Origin: Candidatus Heimdallarchaeota archaeon
Lineage (GTDB): Archaea; Asgardarchaeota; Heimdallarchaeia; Heimdallarchaeales; Heimdallarchaeaceae
Assembly (NCBI GenBank): GCA_018238545.1
Contig: JABCTC010000002.1
Location: forward strand, 32,001-96,000
Length of the DNA stretch: 64,000 nucleotides
Reading direction: 5' to 3'
The notes under the pieces: model-generated
Databases searched by the model: none
Told to the model about the DNA's origin: nothing
The model's input: only the letters and a program-made list of their open reading frames with translations
Translations under genes and position numbers: made by a program
Shown: piece after piece, positions 18,350 through 28,881 of the stretch
Position numbering within the stretch: the first letter of the stretch is position 1
Layout of the letters: each line of letters starts with the position of its first letter

Positions 18350-19846
18350 GTGACACATATGAACTTAATCCTCAGCATCGACCAAGGTACTACGGGAACA
18401 CGTTCAATTCTATTTAACTCCAAAGGTGAAGAAGTAGCTAAATCATATGAAGAACATAAACAATTCTTCCCTTCTCCTGGCTGGGTAGAACACGACCCTT
18501 CTGAAATTTGGTTGAAGACATTAAAGACAATTAAAGATGCTGTTAATGTTGCAAAAATAGAATTTTCGGAAATTTCAGGAATAGGTATAACTAATCAAAG
18601 AGAAACAATAGTTGCATGGGATAAGAATACAGGGATTCCTTTACACAATGCAATAGTTTGGCAATGTAGAAGAACTGCAGGAATGTGTGATGAGTTAAAA
18701 AGCTCAGGTTATGCTGAAATTTTCAAGAAGAAAACAGGATTAGTGTTGGATCCCTATTTTTCTGGGACGAAGATAAAGTGGTTATTAGAAAATTCAGAGA
18801 AAATAAAACGCAATTTGGCTGATGATTCATTAGCAGTTGGAACAATTGACAGTTGGTTAATCTATAATTTAACAGGTAATCATGTAACTGATTATTCAAA
18901 CGCTTCCAGAACTCTTCTTTTTAATATTCAAACTGGAACTTGGGATGAAGAATTACTTGAAATATTAGACATTCCAAAACACATACTTCCAGAAGTTCGT
19001 CCAAGTAGCGATAAAGAAACCTACGGAGATACAGGTTCTCTATTCAGAGAATCCATTCCTGTTGCCGGAAATGCAGGAGATCAACAAGCGGCTCTTTTTG
19101 GGCAAAATTGCTTTGATCAAGGAGAAGTGAAAAATACTTATGGTACTGGAAATTTTATGCTGATGAATACAGGTGATGATGCCATATATTCAGATAATGG
19201 TCTTCTTACAACCATCGCATGGAAATTAGATGATACAATCACATATGCCCTGGAAGGCAGTGTTTTCATCACAGGAGCAAGTATTCAATGGTTAGAACAA
19301 GGATTAGGTATATTGGAAGACAAATCAGAGCTACCAGATATAATGAATACTCATCCTTCTACTGAAGGAGTGTATTTTGTTCCAGCTTTTGTGGGTCTCG
19401 GAGCTCCAGATTGGGACCCTTATGCTAGAGGAATAATTGTTGGTCTTACTAGAGGATCTACACGTGAGCATGTTATTAGAGCAGCTTTAGAATCTATATG
19501 TTATCAATCTGAGGATGTTTTCAAAGTTATGAGTATTGATTCTGGCGTTGATATTTCAATGCTTAGAGTCGATGGTGGAGTTACAAAATGTTCTCCATTA
19601 TTACAGTTTCAAGCTGATATCTCAAACGTTCTAGTTCAAAAACCCGTAATAACTGAAACAACTGCACTTGGCGCAGCTTATCTAGCGGGTTTAGCTGTTG
19701 GTTACTGGGAAAACCTGGACGAGATAAAGAGGAATTTTTTGATTGAACAAGAGTTTTTACCTTCAATGGAATCACAGAAAAGAGATGAGCTACTAGATAA
19801 CTGGAAAAAAGCTAAAAACAGATCAAAAAATTGGATAGATAACTGA
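18350..19846 (+). CDS. glpK: Glycerol kinase
   Basis: IDQGTT, GITNQRET, WQCRRT, PYFSGTK, GDQQAALFG, KNTYGTG, VDGG. Confidence 0.96.
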   Translation: MTHMNLILSIDQGTTGTRSILFNSKGEEVAKSYEEHKQFFPSPGWVEHDPSEIWLKTLKTIKDAVNVAKIEFSEISGIGITNQRETIVAWDKNTGIPLHNAIVWQCRRTAGMCDELKSSGYAEIFKKKTGLVLDPYFSGTKIKWLLENSEKIKRNLADDSLAVGTIDSWLIYNLTGNHVTDYSNASRTLLFNIQTGTWDEELLEILDIPKHILPEVRPSSDKETYGDTGSLFRESIPVAGNAGDQQAALFGQNCFDQGEVKNTYGTGNFMLMNTGDDAIYSDNGLLTTIAWKLDDTITYALEGSVFITGASIQWLEQGLGILEDKSELPDIMNTHPSTEGVYFVPAFVGLGAPDWDPYARGIIVGLTRGSTREHVIRAALESICYQSEDVFKVMSIDSGVDISMLRVDGGVTKCSPLLQFQADISNVLVQKPVITETTALGAAYLAGLAVGYWENLDEIKRNFLIEQEFLPSMESQKRDELLDNWKKAKNRSKNWIDN

Positions 19847-20278
19847 TTATTTCACCCATTATTTCAATAAATCATCCTCTAATCGTATTTGGTTTTGCTT
19901 ATAACACAAAACAATCGTATAAGTATCATTTATACAATCGTTTATACTGAAAATATAATAGATGTCTGTCTAGTATATTCACAAATTGTTATCTACTTCA
20001 TTCTCATTTTAAGCTATAAACTAAAGATGATAAAATCAAAAGAATATCTAGTTAAAGATAATTAAGTTATCTTCTAGTTGTTCGACACTTCTACTAGGTA
20101 AACCATTTCACAGTTATAGGTGCTTAAGATAGAACTTAAAGCTATCATTCTTCTATACCTATTATGTCTTACTCAGTTATACTTACAATTTTTTATTTTA
20201 TAGCAAAGTTTTCTATTCTAGTAACTTGTTAGTGATATATTGAATCATTTATCTCAGTGACTAAATTCGTAATCACCC

Positions 20279-20320
20279 AAATGAATAGACTCTTAACCTA
20301 AATGAATAGACACTTAACCT
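20279..20320. repeat. Tandem 21-bp direct repeat in a long intergenic region
   Basis: AAATGAATAGACTCTTAACCT / AAATGAATAGACACTTAACCT (20/21 identical). Confidence 0.85.
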
Positions 20321-20432
20321 AACTTAATGATTTTTCAATTAAACAAGAACTTAATTTGTTTAACGTATTACAAAACGTTTTTTTAGTGTAATTATTTTAC
20401 TTAACATCGAGACTTGAGACTGGGGTAAACGA

Positions 20433-20816
20433 TTGACAACATTGCGAGATTATATTGGGGATAACGAAAAAAAACTCGAAGAGGAAAGAAAAAAAGAAGC
20501 GGATAAACACACCGAACTTTTAGAGCAAATTCAACATGAAAAGAAACAAGAAGTTAATTTTACAGGATTTGATGGCAAGTTAAGTGAATTGGTAGATGGG
20601 ATAAGATCAATTCCAAATTATAATAATTTGAAGGGTTATATCAGAGAGAAAATTCTACCAAAGAATCCTAACATAGGCTATAAGAAGCTATCAATTCTTG
20701 CAGGACTAAATCTAGGAGTTGCTTTAGTAATCATGTATGACCTCTACAATGATAAATTAGAAGCAGAATATAATGAACTCCAAGATCCGTCATTAAATTA
20801 TCATTACGAAGATTGA
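20433..20816 (+). CDS. Hypothetical protein, charged N-terminus and possible HTH
   Basis: Clean 127-aa ORF with GGGGT upstream of TTG; KNPNIGYKKLSILAGLNLGVALVIM resembles a helix-turn-helix. Confidence 0.6.
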   Translation: MTTLRDYIGDNEKKLEEERKKEADKHTELLEQIQHEKKQEVNFTGFDGKLSELVDGIRSIPNYNNLKGYIREKILPKNPNIGYKKLSILAGLNLGVALVIMYDLYNDKLEAEYNELQDPSLNYHYED

Positions 20817-20825
20817 ATACAAACT

Positions 20826-21539
20826 TCAGTGCCCTTTGTTTAATCTTTGTCTCAAAGATTTAGGAAGATCTAATTCTTTCATTTTTTCTTGAACAGGTTT
20901 ATGATCATATTTTATGTGAACCATTGTAACATTGAGCGGTGATGTGTTAACAATCGCATAATGTGCTCCAGGTTTACCATTTCTTGGTTGTCCGATTGAT
21001 CCAGGATTAAGGAATTGGAATCTCTTATATTTATCTTTAATCGGAATGTGAGTATGACCTACAAAGAGCATGTCAGTCATAGTCTTTTCAGCGGCTTCCT
21101 TGAGCATGTTTTTCCATTCTTTTTCATCGGTAGCGACAAAATAATCGAATGTTTGAAATGGTGATCCATGGACAAGGTAAATTTTCTTGCCATTTCTTTC
21201 TATGATTTTCTTGCGAGGTAGTTTTGATAACCAAGTTAGATTGTCTTTTTTAAGAAACTTCTTGGTCCAAGTAATCATTTCATAAGCTGTAGGATTAAAA
21301 TAGAAAGCTGGTTCGTCTCCTACAACTCCAGCATCATGATTACCGTACATACTTATCGAACATTTTTCTCTAACGAGATCAACACATTCATTTGGAAAAG
21401 GATAATAACCAACAATGTCTCCTAGACAGATGATTTCATCAATATTTCGACGTTTTTCAATATCCTTTAGAGCAGCTTCTAATCCATAAATATTTGAATG
21501 TATATCGGAAATAACTGCTATTCTTACCAAATAACCCAC
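20826..21539 (-). CDS. Calcineurin-like metallophosphoesterase
   Basis: SDIHSN, LGDIVG, GNHD, HGSP, GHTH, NPGS. Confidence 0.92.
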   Translation of the reverse strand: MGYLVRIAVISDIHSNIYGLEAALKDIEKRRNIDEIICLGDIVGYYPFPNECVDLVREKCSISMYGNHDAGVVGDEPAFYFNPTAYEMITWTKKFLKKDNLTWLSKLPRKKIIERNGKKIYLVHGSPFQTFDYFVATDEKEWKNMLKEAAEKTMTDMLFVGHTHIPIKDKYKRFQFLNPGSIGQPRNGKPGAHYAIVNTSPLNVTMVHIKYDHKPVQEKMKELDLPKSLRQRLNKGH

Positions 21540-21672
21540 CTAAATGATTGTTGTTGAGCTCTTAACCTTAAATTAGTTTTGTATATTTGAAATTTGTCAT
21601 ACGTAAATGAATCTTGCTGTCGAAAGAGCTTAAATTAGTAAAACTTTTCAAGTTGCCTTTATTTGTGTTCAT

Positions 21673-22593
21673 ATGAGTTTTGAAACCTCCATAGGTTCCA
21701 TTGAAATTCGTAACCCTTTAATACTTGCTTCAGGTGTGTTGGGAACCACATACTCAACTCTTCAACGAGCATATGAAGCTGGTTTAGGCGCTGTTATCAC
21801 AAAAAGTATAGGACCACGACCAAGAAGTGGAAATCCTAACCCGAGCGTTTTCGCTTTACAAGAGATTAGAAGCTTGATTAATTCTATAGGATTAGCAAAT
21901 CCTGGATATCAATCATTTAGACATGACATTGAATATTTAGTAAAAAGTGAGACCCCAACAATAGTTTCTATCTTCGGAGAAAATCAAACCGAATTCTCAG
22001 AAGTACTTGACGGTTTAAAAGACCTTAATATTCTAGGTTTTGAACTAAATTTCAGTTGTCCAAATACTGAGAAAGGAGGATCACAAATAGGAACTGATTC
22101 TGAGACAGTATTTAACATTGTTAAAACATTGAAATCTAAAACTGATCTTCCACTATGGGTAAAGCTAACTCCTAATGTTAGTGATATAATAGAAATAGCA
22201 AATGCGGCGGTTAGAGGAGGGTGTGATGCTCTCGTTGCAATTAATACAATAAAAGCAATGGTTATAGATATTCAAACCAAACAACCCATTTTAGGCTTCA
22301 AGAGAGGAGGATTGTCAGGTTCAGCAATAAAACCGGTAGGTGTTCGTTATATTTATGACCTCTATGAAAGTTTAGGCGGAAGAATCCCGCTCATAGGTGT
22401 AGGGGGGATTTACAAAGGAGAAGATGTTGTAGAATATCTCCTAGCTGGCGCAACTGCCGTAGAGATTGGGTCCGCAATTGGTGTTGCATATCCTGAAAAC
22501 ATGATAAGATTCATAACAATGAAAATCAAAAAATACCTGAAAGAGCACAATTACTCATCCGTTGGAGAGATTACAGGAGGTGCCCATAAATGA
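21673..22593 (+). CDS. pyrD: Dihydroorotate dehydrogenase 1B catalytic subunit
   Basis: LASG, TKS, NSIGLANPG, ELNFSCPN, KLTPN, INT, GGLSG, GVGG. Confidence 0.95.
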   Translation: MSFETSIGSIEIRNPLILASGVLGTTYSTLQRAYEAGLGAVITKSIGPRPRSGNPNPSVFALQEIRSLINSIGLANPGYQSFRHDIEYLVKSETPTIVSIFGENQTEFSEVLDGLKDLNILGFELNFSCPNTEKGGSQIGTDSETVFNIVKTLKSKTDLPLWVKLTPNVSDIIEIANAAVRGGCDALVAINTIKAMVIDIQTKQPILGFKRGGLSGSAIKPVGVRYIYDLYESLGGRIPLIGVGGIYKGEDVVEYLLAGATAVEIGSAIGVAYPENMIRFITMKIKKYLKEHNYSSVGEITGGAHK

Positions 22594-23447
22594 CCAAACA
22601 AACTTTACCTAACACTAAACCAATTATGTGTAAAATAATTAAAAAAGAGGAAGAATGTGAAGATACTTACACATTTCTACTTGAAGTTCCTGTAAAAGTA
22701 CAAAGAGCAAAACCTGGTCAGTTTATTATGTTATGGGTACCTGGTGTAGATGAATTTCCAATAGGAATAGCAGGTTTTGAAAATAATTTTTTGGAAATAG
22801 GTGTTGCCAAAATGGGTGAGGGGACTGAAGCACTACTTAAAAAGGAAATAGGTGACTATTTGGGTATTAGAGGTTTCTATGGAAAGCCATTCAAACCTCC
22901 AAAGAAGGTGAAGGTCAATCATCTGTTAATTGGTGGTGGTTTTGGAATGACACCTTTGAAGATGCTTACGACCAGTTTATTACATCAAGAAGAAAAACAA
23001 GAAATTCATGTATTTGAAGGAGCAAGAACCAAAAGTAGGTTGATGTATCTAGAATGGTTTCAACATCTTCATGACAAGGAAAAACTTGCCTTTCATGCAT
23101 GTACCGACGATGGGTCATATGGAAATCAAGGATATCCAACTGTGGACTTGGAAAATTTTTTGAAAGAATCTGAAGATCCTTCTATTTTTTACGTAGCAGG
23201 ACCAGAACGTATGATGAAAGTAATTTTTGATATTGGCAAGAAATATGATAAAGTAATAGATATGCAAATGAGTCTCGCTGATAGATACATGCGATGTGGT
23301 TTTGGAGTGTGCAGTTATTGTGCGGTAGATCCGACAGGATGGCGAATATGTGTTGATGGACCAATATTCAATACAAAACAGTTAGAACAAATAACCGATT
23401 TTGGTGTCTATAAGAGACTTGATACTGGAGAAAAAGAGAGGATTTAA
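22590..23447 (+). CDS. pyrK: Dihydroorotate dehydrogenase electron transfer subunit
   Basis: PGQFIM, GGGFG, TDDGS, MRCGFGVCSYC...CVDGP [2Fe-2S] motif. Confidence 0.93.
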   Translation: MTKQTLPNTKPIMCKIIKKEEECEDTYTFLLEVPVKVQRAKPGQFIMLWVPGVDEFPIGIAGFENNFLEIGVAKMGEGTEALLKKEIGDYLGIRGFYGKPFKPPKKVKVNHLLIGGGFGMTPLKMLTTSLLHQEEKQEIHVFEGARTKSRLMYLEWFQHLHDKEKLAFHACTDDGSYGNQGYPTVDLENFLKESEDPSIFYVAGPERMMKVIFDIGKKYDKVIDMQMSLADRYMRCGFGVCSYCAVDPTGWRICVDGPIFNTKQLEQITDFGVYKRLDTGEKERI

Positions 23448-23450
23448 ACG

Positions 23451-24683
23451 ATGGTAATGTTTTCCAATCTTAGGGTATGGGATATAGGAAAGAGAGATTT
23501 TGTTCAACAAGATTTAGATTTTCAAAAAAATGAATCAAAATCCAAAACTTCTAGCATTGAAATAGACGCATCAGAATTAATTGCTATCCCTCCTCTGGTT
23601 GATATCCATGTTCATTTTCGTGAACCGGGATATGAATATAAGGAAAACATATTATCAGGTTCATCAGCAGCACTTTCTAGCGGAATTTCTACAGTTTTAG
23701 ATATGCCAAACACCAATCCTATTACAGATTCAGTGGCAACTATTTTACAAAAGAGAGAATTAGCTAAACGGCAGAATTACGTTGATGTCCTAGTCGCTTC
23801 TGCTTTAACTGAAAAAAATCTTTCAAACCTGGAAGAAATTGAAAAACATGCTGATGCTTACAAAGTTTTTATGTCAGAATCTTTTGGAAATCTTTCTATT
23901 AGTTATGAGACTATAGAAAAGAGCTTAGCAAAACTTGAAGATTTAGAGTCAAGGAAACCTATCTTTTTTCATGCTGAAGATCCAGAAATTCTTGAACAAA
24001 GCAAATCCTATAGTAGTCATAATAGAAGAAGACCTCCTGAAGCAGAAGCTAGCGCAATTCAACAAGTGCTATCTTGGGCTCTTGATTTTCCTAATTTAAA
24101 ATTCCACATAACTCATGTTAGCAGTGGTTTATCATTGAGAATTTTAGAAATATCAAAACATGTAAACGTAACTTTGGATACTTGCCCTAGATATATATAT
24201 TTAAACCAAGCCTCAGAGATGGAAGAAAAATTAAAACAAGTGAATCCTCCTCTTAGAACTAGTATTGATAGTGATATGCTTCTGAAATCCTTAGCTACAG
24301 GACTCATAGATATGGTGAGTTCAGATCATTCTCCTCATACCCTCGAAGAAAAACTGGAGAAGTCTATCAGTGGAATGCCGGGTGTTCAAGAACTAGTTCC
24401 GTCAATACTTTCTTTGATAAATAAAAGGGAAATAGAATGGGACAGAGCAATAGAAGCTCTATATGGATTTCCTTCTGCCTTACTCAATTTACCGAAAATA
24501 GATCTTAGTCAAAACATGGTAATTTTGAACATGTCTGATCCTATAAAAATAACCAAAAACTGGGTAAAATCAAAAGCTAAATGGTCTCCTTTTGAGAATC
24601 AGATGCTTGTTGGTCAGATGCTTTATGCTGTTAAAGAAGGTAAAATAGTGTTTGAGAATGAAAATTATCTCGATCAGAAATAA
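23451..24683 (+). CDS. pyrC: Dihydroorotase
   Basis: DIHVHFREPG, DMPNT, HAED, HITHVS, NPPLR, SDHSPH. Confidence 0.92.
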   Translation: MVMFSNLRVWDIGKRDFVQQDLDFQKNESKSKTSSIEIDASELIAIPPLVDIHVHFREPGYEYKENILSGSSAALSSGISTVLDMPNTNPITDSVATILQKRELAKRQNYVDVLVASALTEKNLSNLEEIEKHADAYKVFMSESFGNLSISYETIEKSLAKLEDLESRKPIFFHAEDPEILEQSKSYSSHNRRRPPEAEASAIQQVLSWALDFPNLKFHITHVSSGLSLRILEISKHVNVTLDTCPRYIYLNQASEMEEKLKQVNPPLRTSIDSDMLLKSLATGLIDMVSSDHSPHTLEEKLEKSISGMPGVQELVPSILSLINKREIEWDRAIEALYGFPSALLNLPKIDLSQNMVILNMSDPIKITKNWVKSKAKWSPFENQMLVGQMLYAVKEGKIVFENENYLDQK

Positions 24684-24736
24684 CCCTACTAGAGTTCAAA
24701 AACAATAATTAAAAATGGTCGCTTAATTCTATACTC

Positions 24737-25522
24737 ATGAGTGTTCAAGCACCCGTATTTGTTAAAAAATACGAAGAAGTAACTAAAAAGAAGAATAGTA
24801 TCCTTAGTGTTGGTTTGGATCCAGCGATACCACGTCAAAGGGAAAAGAATATTATACCTACAGAGGATAGAATTAACTTCATGGAGACAATTATAGATCT
24901 GGTCGCTCCATATACAAGTGTAATCAAAATAAATCGTCAATATACTTTAGGATTAACTATTGATAAAATTCGTACAATTAACAGACAGATACATTCGAAA
25001 CAAATGCTTTCTATGTCTGACCACAAACTGGGTGACATAGGTTCTTCTAACGAATCAGCTATTTTCTGGTTTAAAGAGGAAGAATTCGATGCTTTTACAT
25101 TTAATCCCTATAGTGGTAATGTGCTTGAAGCGACAGAAATGGCTCATAAACTTGATTTAGGTATTATAGTACTTACATTGATGTCGAACCCTCAAGCTAT
25201 CCTACAAAAACAAGCAATGATACAAGGAAAACCTCTCTTTCAACATATTGCTAGTTTATGTAAAGCAGCTAGTTCAGACGGGTGTGTTATAGGGGCAACA
25301 GCACATGTTGAGTCATCTGATATTATAGAAATTAGAAAAATCGTAGGGGACAATACTATCGCTCTAGTTCCTGGTGTAGGTGCTCAAGGAGGAAGTGCTG
25401 AAACGTTACTTAAGATCTTTGGAACAAAAACTATGGTTAATGTAAGCAGAGGGGTAATCTATTCTCAGTCTCCAGAGGAAGAAGCGAAGAAAATACAAGA
25501 AATGCTTAATGAATTACTGTGA
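24737..25522 (+). CDS. pyrF: Orotidine-5'-phosphate decarboxylase (type with VGLDP)
   Basis: VGLDP, DHKLGDIGSS, MSNP, IGAT, PGVGAQGG, NVSRG. Confidence 0.92.
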   Translation: MSVQAPVFVKKYEEVTKKKNSILSVGLDPAIPRQREKNIIPTEDRINFMETIIDLVAPYTSVIKINRQYTLGLTIDKIRTINRQIHSKQMLSMSDHKLGDIGSSNESAIFWFKEEEFDAFTFNPYSGNVLEATEMAHKLDLGIIVLTLMSNPQAILQKQAMIQGKPLFQHIASLCKAASSDGCVIGATAHVESSDIIEIRKIVGDNTIALVPGVGAQGGSAETLLKIFGTKTMVNVSRGVIYSQSPEEEAKKIQEMLNELL

Positions 25523-25523
25523 A

Positions 25524-26132
25524 TTATAGATGTTTTTCTATTAATTTCTTGTCGTGCTCTGATATATATTCCTCATCTAATTCCAAACACAGTTTGAAAA
25601 TTTCATTTATTTTAATGAAGGAATGAAGTTTGATATTTAGCTCTACTAATTCCTCTAGATTGCTTTGACTTCGATCAATAAGTACAATCAGATTATTGAC
25701 GACAAAATTATTATCTCTTAACGCTAAAATTCCAGGTATCTTACTACTACCTGTTGTTATCAGATCGTCTATGAGTACAACACTTGAGGCAGATGGAATG
25801 CTTCCTTCAACTATTTTCTTCAATCCATGTTCTTTTGCTTGAGGTCTAACAATAATCGAGGGGATACCTAGTTTATACCCAGCAACTGCAGAAAAAGGAA
25901 TTCCCGCGACAGCAACTCCCGCTAGAGCATCAACATCATGTATGCTCTTGATTATATCAATATAGCAATCAATTACGAATTCGAAGGTTTCTGGGTATGA
26001 AGAAATCAATCTCAAATCTATATAAAACCAAGATTTCTTTCCTGATTTTAGTGTGAAATCACCATATTTCAAAATATTATTCTTCAAGAGAAGTTCAGTT
26101 AGTTTTCTTTTCTTAATTTCCATCATATGCAC
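25524..26132 (-). CDS. pyrE: Orotate phosphoribosyltransferase
   Basis: GDFTLKSGKKSWFYIDLR, KEHG, LIDDLITTGSS. Confidence 0.95.
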   Translation of the reverse strand: MHMMEIKKRKLTELLLKNNILKYGDFTLKSGKKSWFYIDLRLISSYPETFEFVIDCYIDIIKSIHDVDALAGVAVAGIPFSAVAGYKLGIPSIIVRPQAKEHGLKKIVEGSIPSASSVVLIDDLITTGSSKIPGILALRDNNFVVNNLIVLIDRSQSNLEELVELNIKLHSFIKINEIFKLCLELDEEYISEHDKKLIEKHL

Positions 26133-26135
26133 CCT

Positions 26136-27653
26136 TTATTCGTATTCTATTGTTCCAGGAGGTTTTGATGTTATGTCATATAGAACTCTATTGATGCCTG
26201 GAACCTTGTTTATTAGTTGATTAGATATCTCTTCTAACACTTCATAAGGTAGTTTGCTCCAATCAGCTGTCATTGCGTCAAGTGATTCCACTGCACGAAT
26301 AGCAAGCATGTATTCATACGTTCTTTTATCTCCCATAACACCAACTGATTTTATAGGAATTAGGGCTGGAAACACTTGCCAAAGAGAATCATACAATCCA
26401 TTTTCCTCTATTATTTGATGAACTACCACATCTGCTTTTTTTAAGATGTCAAGGCGCTCTTTTGTTATATCACCTAAAATCCTGATAGCTAATCCTGGTC
26501 CAGGGAAAGGATGTCGGTTAATGAATTTTTTCGGTATATCCAACATCTTGCCTATTTTTCTAACTTCATCCTTATAAAGATCATTAAGTGGTTCTACAAG
26601 TTTAAGAAGCATTTTTTCAGGAAGGCCTCCCACATTATGATGTGTTTTGATAACGTTTGCATGGTGACTAGGTTGGGCACTCTCAATTCTATCAGGATAA
26701 ATGGTGCCTTGTCCGAGGAAATCAAATTTTCCAATTTTATTGGCATTTTCCTCAAAAATCTCTATGAACAGATTTCCAATTATTTTACGTTTCTGTTCAG
26801 GATCTTTAACTCCCTTAAGAGCTTCAACAAATCTCTCTTCTTCGTTCACGGCAACGAAATTACTTACACCTAAATTGGAGAATATTGCTTTGACTTCTTC
26901 TGTATCATAATCTCTCATTAAACCAGTATCAACATAAATGAAGTGAGCATCAATACCTGCTCTAGCAAGCATAACAGCTGCTACAGTGCTATCAACCCCA
27001 CCGCTTACCCCCATTATTACTTTCTTGTCCCCCACAGTAGTTTTAATCTCATCTAACTTTTCTTCTACCCATCCTTCTAATTTCCATTCACTTTTGCAAT
27101 TAACAATTTTAAGAAAATTGTCTAGAATTTTATCCCCATTGGGTGTGTGAATAACTTCAGGATGAAACTGAACTCCAAAGATTTTCTTCTCGAGATTTTG
27201 ATAAGCAGCTATATTACAAATATCTGTGCTACCGATAGTTTCAAACCCTTCAGGTAAGGTTTTAACTTCATCAAAGTGAGACATCCAAGCTCTTTCTTCT
27301 TCCTCTAATCCCTCAAAAAGCGGTGATGATAAATTAAGTTTAACCATTTTTCTCCCATATTCTCTCTCTTCCCCAATATTTACCTCTCCTCCTAATGTTT
27401 GAATTATCATTTGATGCCCATAACATATTCCTAGAACTGGAACTTTTACATCATCAAAAAAATTGTCTTGTAACTTGGGTGATTCTTCTCTATACACATC
27501 ACCTGGACCACCCGATAAAATAAACCCATTATATTCGTCTGAAGGCTCATAAATTATCTCTGCATAAACTCCTAAATCTCGAATCCTTCTAGCAATTAAA
27601 TGACAGTACTGCCCACCAAAATCAAATATACCAATTTTATCCATTTTATTCAT
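26136..27653 (-). CDS. guaA: GMP synthase (glutamine-hydrolysing), single-chain
   Basis: DFGGQY, GICYG, QFHPE, SGGVDS, KTHHNVGGLP, PFPGPGL, KPPGTIEYE. Confidence 0.96.
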   Translation of the reverse strand: MNKMDKIGIFDFGGQYCHLIARRIRDLGVYAEIIYEPSDEYNGFILSGGPGDVYREESPKLQDNFFDDVKVPVLGICYGHQMIIQTLGGEVNIGEEREYGRKMVKLNLSSPLFEGLEEEERAWMSHFDEVKTLPEGFETIGSTDICNIAAYQNLEKKIFGVQFHPEVIHTPNGDKILDNFLKIVNCKSEWKLEGWVEEKLDEIKTTVGDKKVIMGVSGGVDSTVAAVMLARAGIDAHFIYVDTGLMRDYDTEEVKAIFSNLGVSNFVAVNEEERFVEALKGVKDPEQKRKIIGNLFIEIFEENANKIGKFDFLGQGTIYPDRIESAQPSHHANVIKTHHNVGGLPEKMLLKLVEPLNDLYKDEVRKIGKMLDIPKKFINRHPFPGPGLAIRILGDITKERLDILKKADVVVHQIIEENGLYDSLWQVFPALIPIKSVGVMGDKRTYEYMLAIRAVESLDAMTADWSKLPYEVLEEISNQLINKVPGINRVLYDITSKPPGTIEYE

Positions 27654-27665
27654 GTCCTAAATTAT

Positions 27666-28670
27666 CTAAGTTAAGAGTTCCTTTAATCTTCTTTGTCTCA
27701 TTGCTTGTTTTATCTCTCTACATATTCTTCGCGCCATACTCATTTCTTCATCAAATAGAAAACGTGAATATGGAGATCCGCTAACATAAAGAGTTGTTCC
27801 AGCAACTATCCTGCTTGTAAATTCAAAAGCAACAATTTCTTCTGGAGTAATGGCTAATTCTATGCAGAAAGGTCCTAGTAAACCAGGTGGGAATAATTTT
27901 TCTGCTGCTTCAACTAGTCTGTCTCCAAAGTCAAGTAATTCAGGAACTAATGATTCTCTAGCTATAAGAGGTTGATTGCCAACTACTTTGTAGCTAGGAT
28001 TTATTTTAAAATTGTTTTGCGATAATCTTCCTAAAGCATCCACATTTGTTTCATATCTCCTGTCAATTCCAAGCATCTCTACTCTATCTAGAATAATAGA
28101 ATGGAAATAATGCGGATACATTGTAACGCCAGTGATATATTCTTGAATCTGTGCTGCTTTGGCATCATCTTCAGAGATTGATCCAGCTGAAAGTAGTTCA
28201 ATTATTCTTTGTTCGTATTCGGATTGAGAAGAACAAAGGAAATAACCCAATCCTCCTTTTGCACCTGGAAACTTGACAATTGTTAGCCCATCAATTTCAT
28301 CTGAACTATATGATTTTGGAGTTCTAATATTAGCTTCCTGTAATAACTGATGATTTTTGTCTCTTACCCTCTCCCAGTGCATCCCTTCTTTGTTTCCGAA
28401 AACAGGAATCTGAATGTCAAGAGCTCTTTTTCCAAGAGTTGCAATAAGAGTCCCATGGGGTACAAAAATTTCATTCATTGAAGGTTCTTGAGTTAGCAAA
28501 TCTTCATAAGAATCTAGCGTTACAATTTCCTGTGCCACAGGATATCTGTTGTACAAATCTTCTTTCCCTTTAACACAATAGACCTTTGTATTGAACCCTT
28601 CCTGTTTTGCTCCATAAAGTATTTGGAGGGCAGAATGACTACCAATTGTTGAAATTATCAATATACTCAA
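27666..28670 (-). CDS. purP: Formate-dependent AICAR formyltransferase (FAICAR synthetase) PurP
   Basis: GSHSALQI, GAKGGLGYF, DRRYETNVD, VVGNQP, FEFTSRIVAGT. Confidence 0.9.
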   Translation of the reverse strand: MSILIISTIGSHSALQILYGAKQEGFNTKVYCVKGKEDLYNRYPVAQEIVTLDSYEDLLTQEPSMNEIFVPHGTLIATLGKRALDIQIPVFGNKEGMHWERVRDKNHQLLQEANIRTPKSYSSDEIDGLTIVKFPGAKGGLGYFLCSSQSEYEQRIIELLSAGSISEDDAKAAQIQEYITGVTMYPHYFHSIILDRVEMLGIDRRYETNVDALGRLSQNNFKINPSYKVVGNQPLIARESLVPELLDFGDRLVEAAEKLFPPGLLGPFCIELAITPEEIVAFEFTSRIVAGTTLYVSGSPYSRFLFDEEMSMARRICREIKQAMRQRRLKELLT

Positions 28671-28768
28671 GGAAACGCGAAATTAATCACTTTTTAATTT
28701 TTTAGTTTGATGTATATTCCTATGTTGTTCAGATATGTTGTGAAATTGTGTTATAGCAAGGTTTAATG

Positions 28769-28799
28769 AAAGACCAAGTGTTTAACTGATGCAAATGAC
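28769..28799. promoter_or_regulatory. Candidate purine-regulon operator, copy 1
   Basis: AAAGACCAA-N14-CAAATGAC, 99 nt upstream of the purP start (28670); identical motif and spacing at 30860. Confidence 0.6.
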
Positions 28800-28881
28800 G
28801 TTTGCAAATCCATGTAAAATGTGCTTCTTGTTTCATTATATGAGATAAAGTTGAACAAAGGCGTTGTTTAGGTTAATTTTT

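Noticed and set aside
20050-20077. Xer dif-like site
   Set aside because: The ATAA/TTAT spacer is 5 bp rather than 6 and the arms do not match known dif arms.
19847-20432. Replication origin or CRISPR array
   Set aside because: No ORB consensus or cdc6 nearby; the repeat has only two abutting copies with no spacers.
21540-21672. Third copy of the purine operator upstream of pyrD
   Set aside because: Only partial GTC words with different spacing; does not match the motif.
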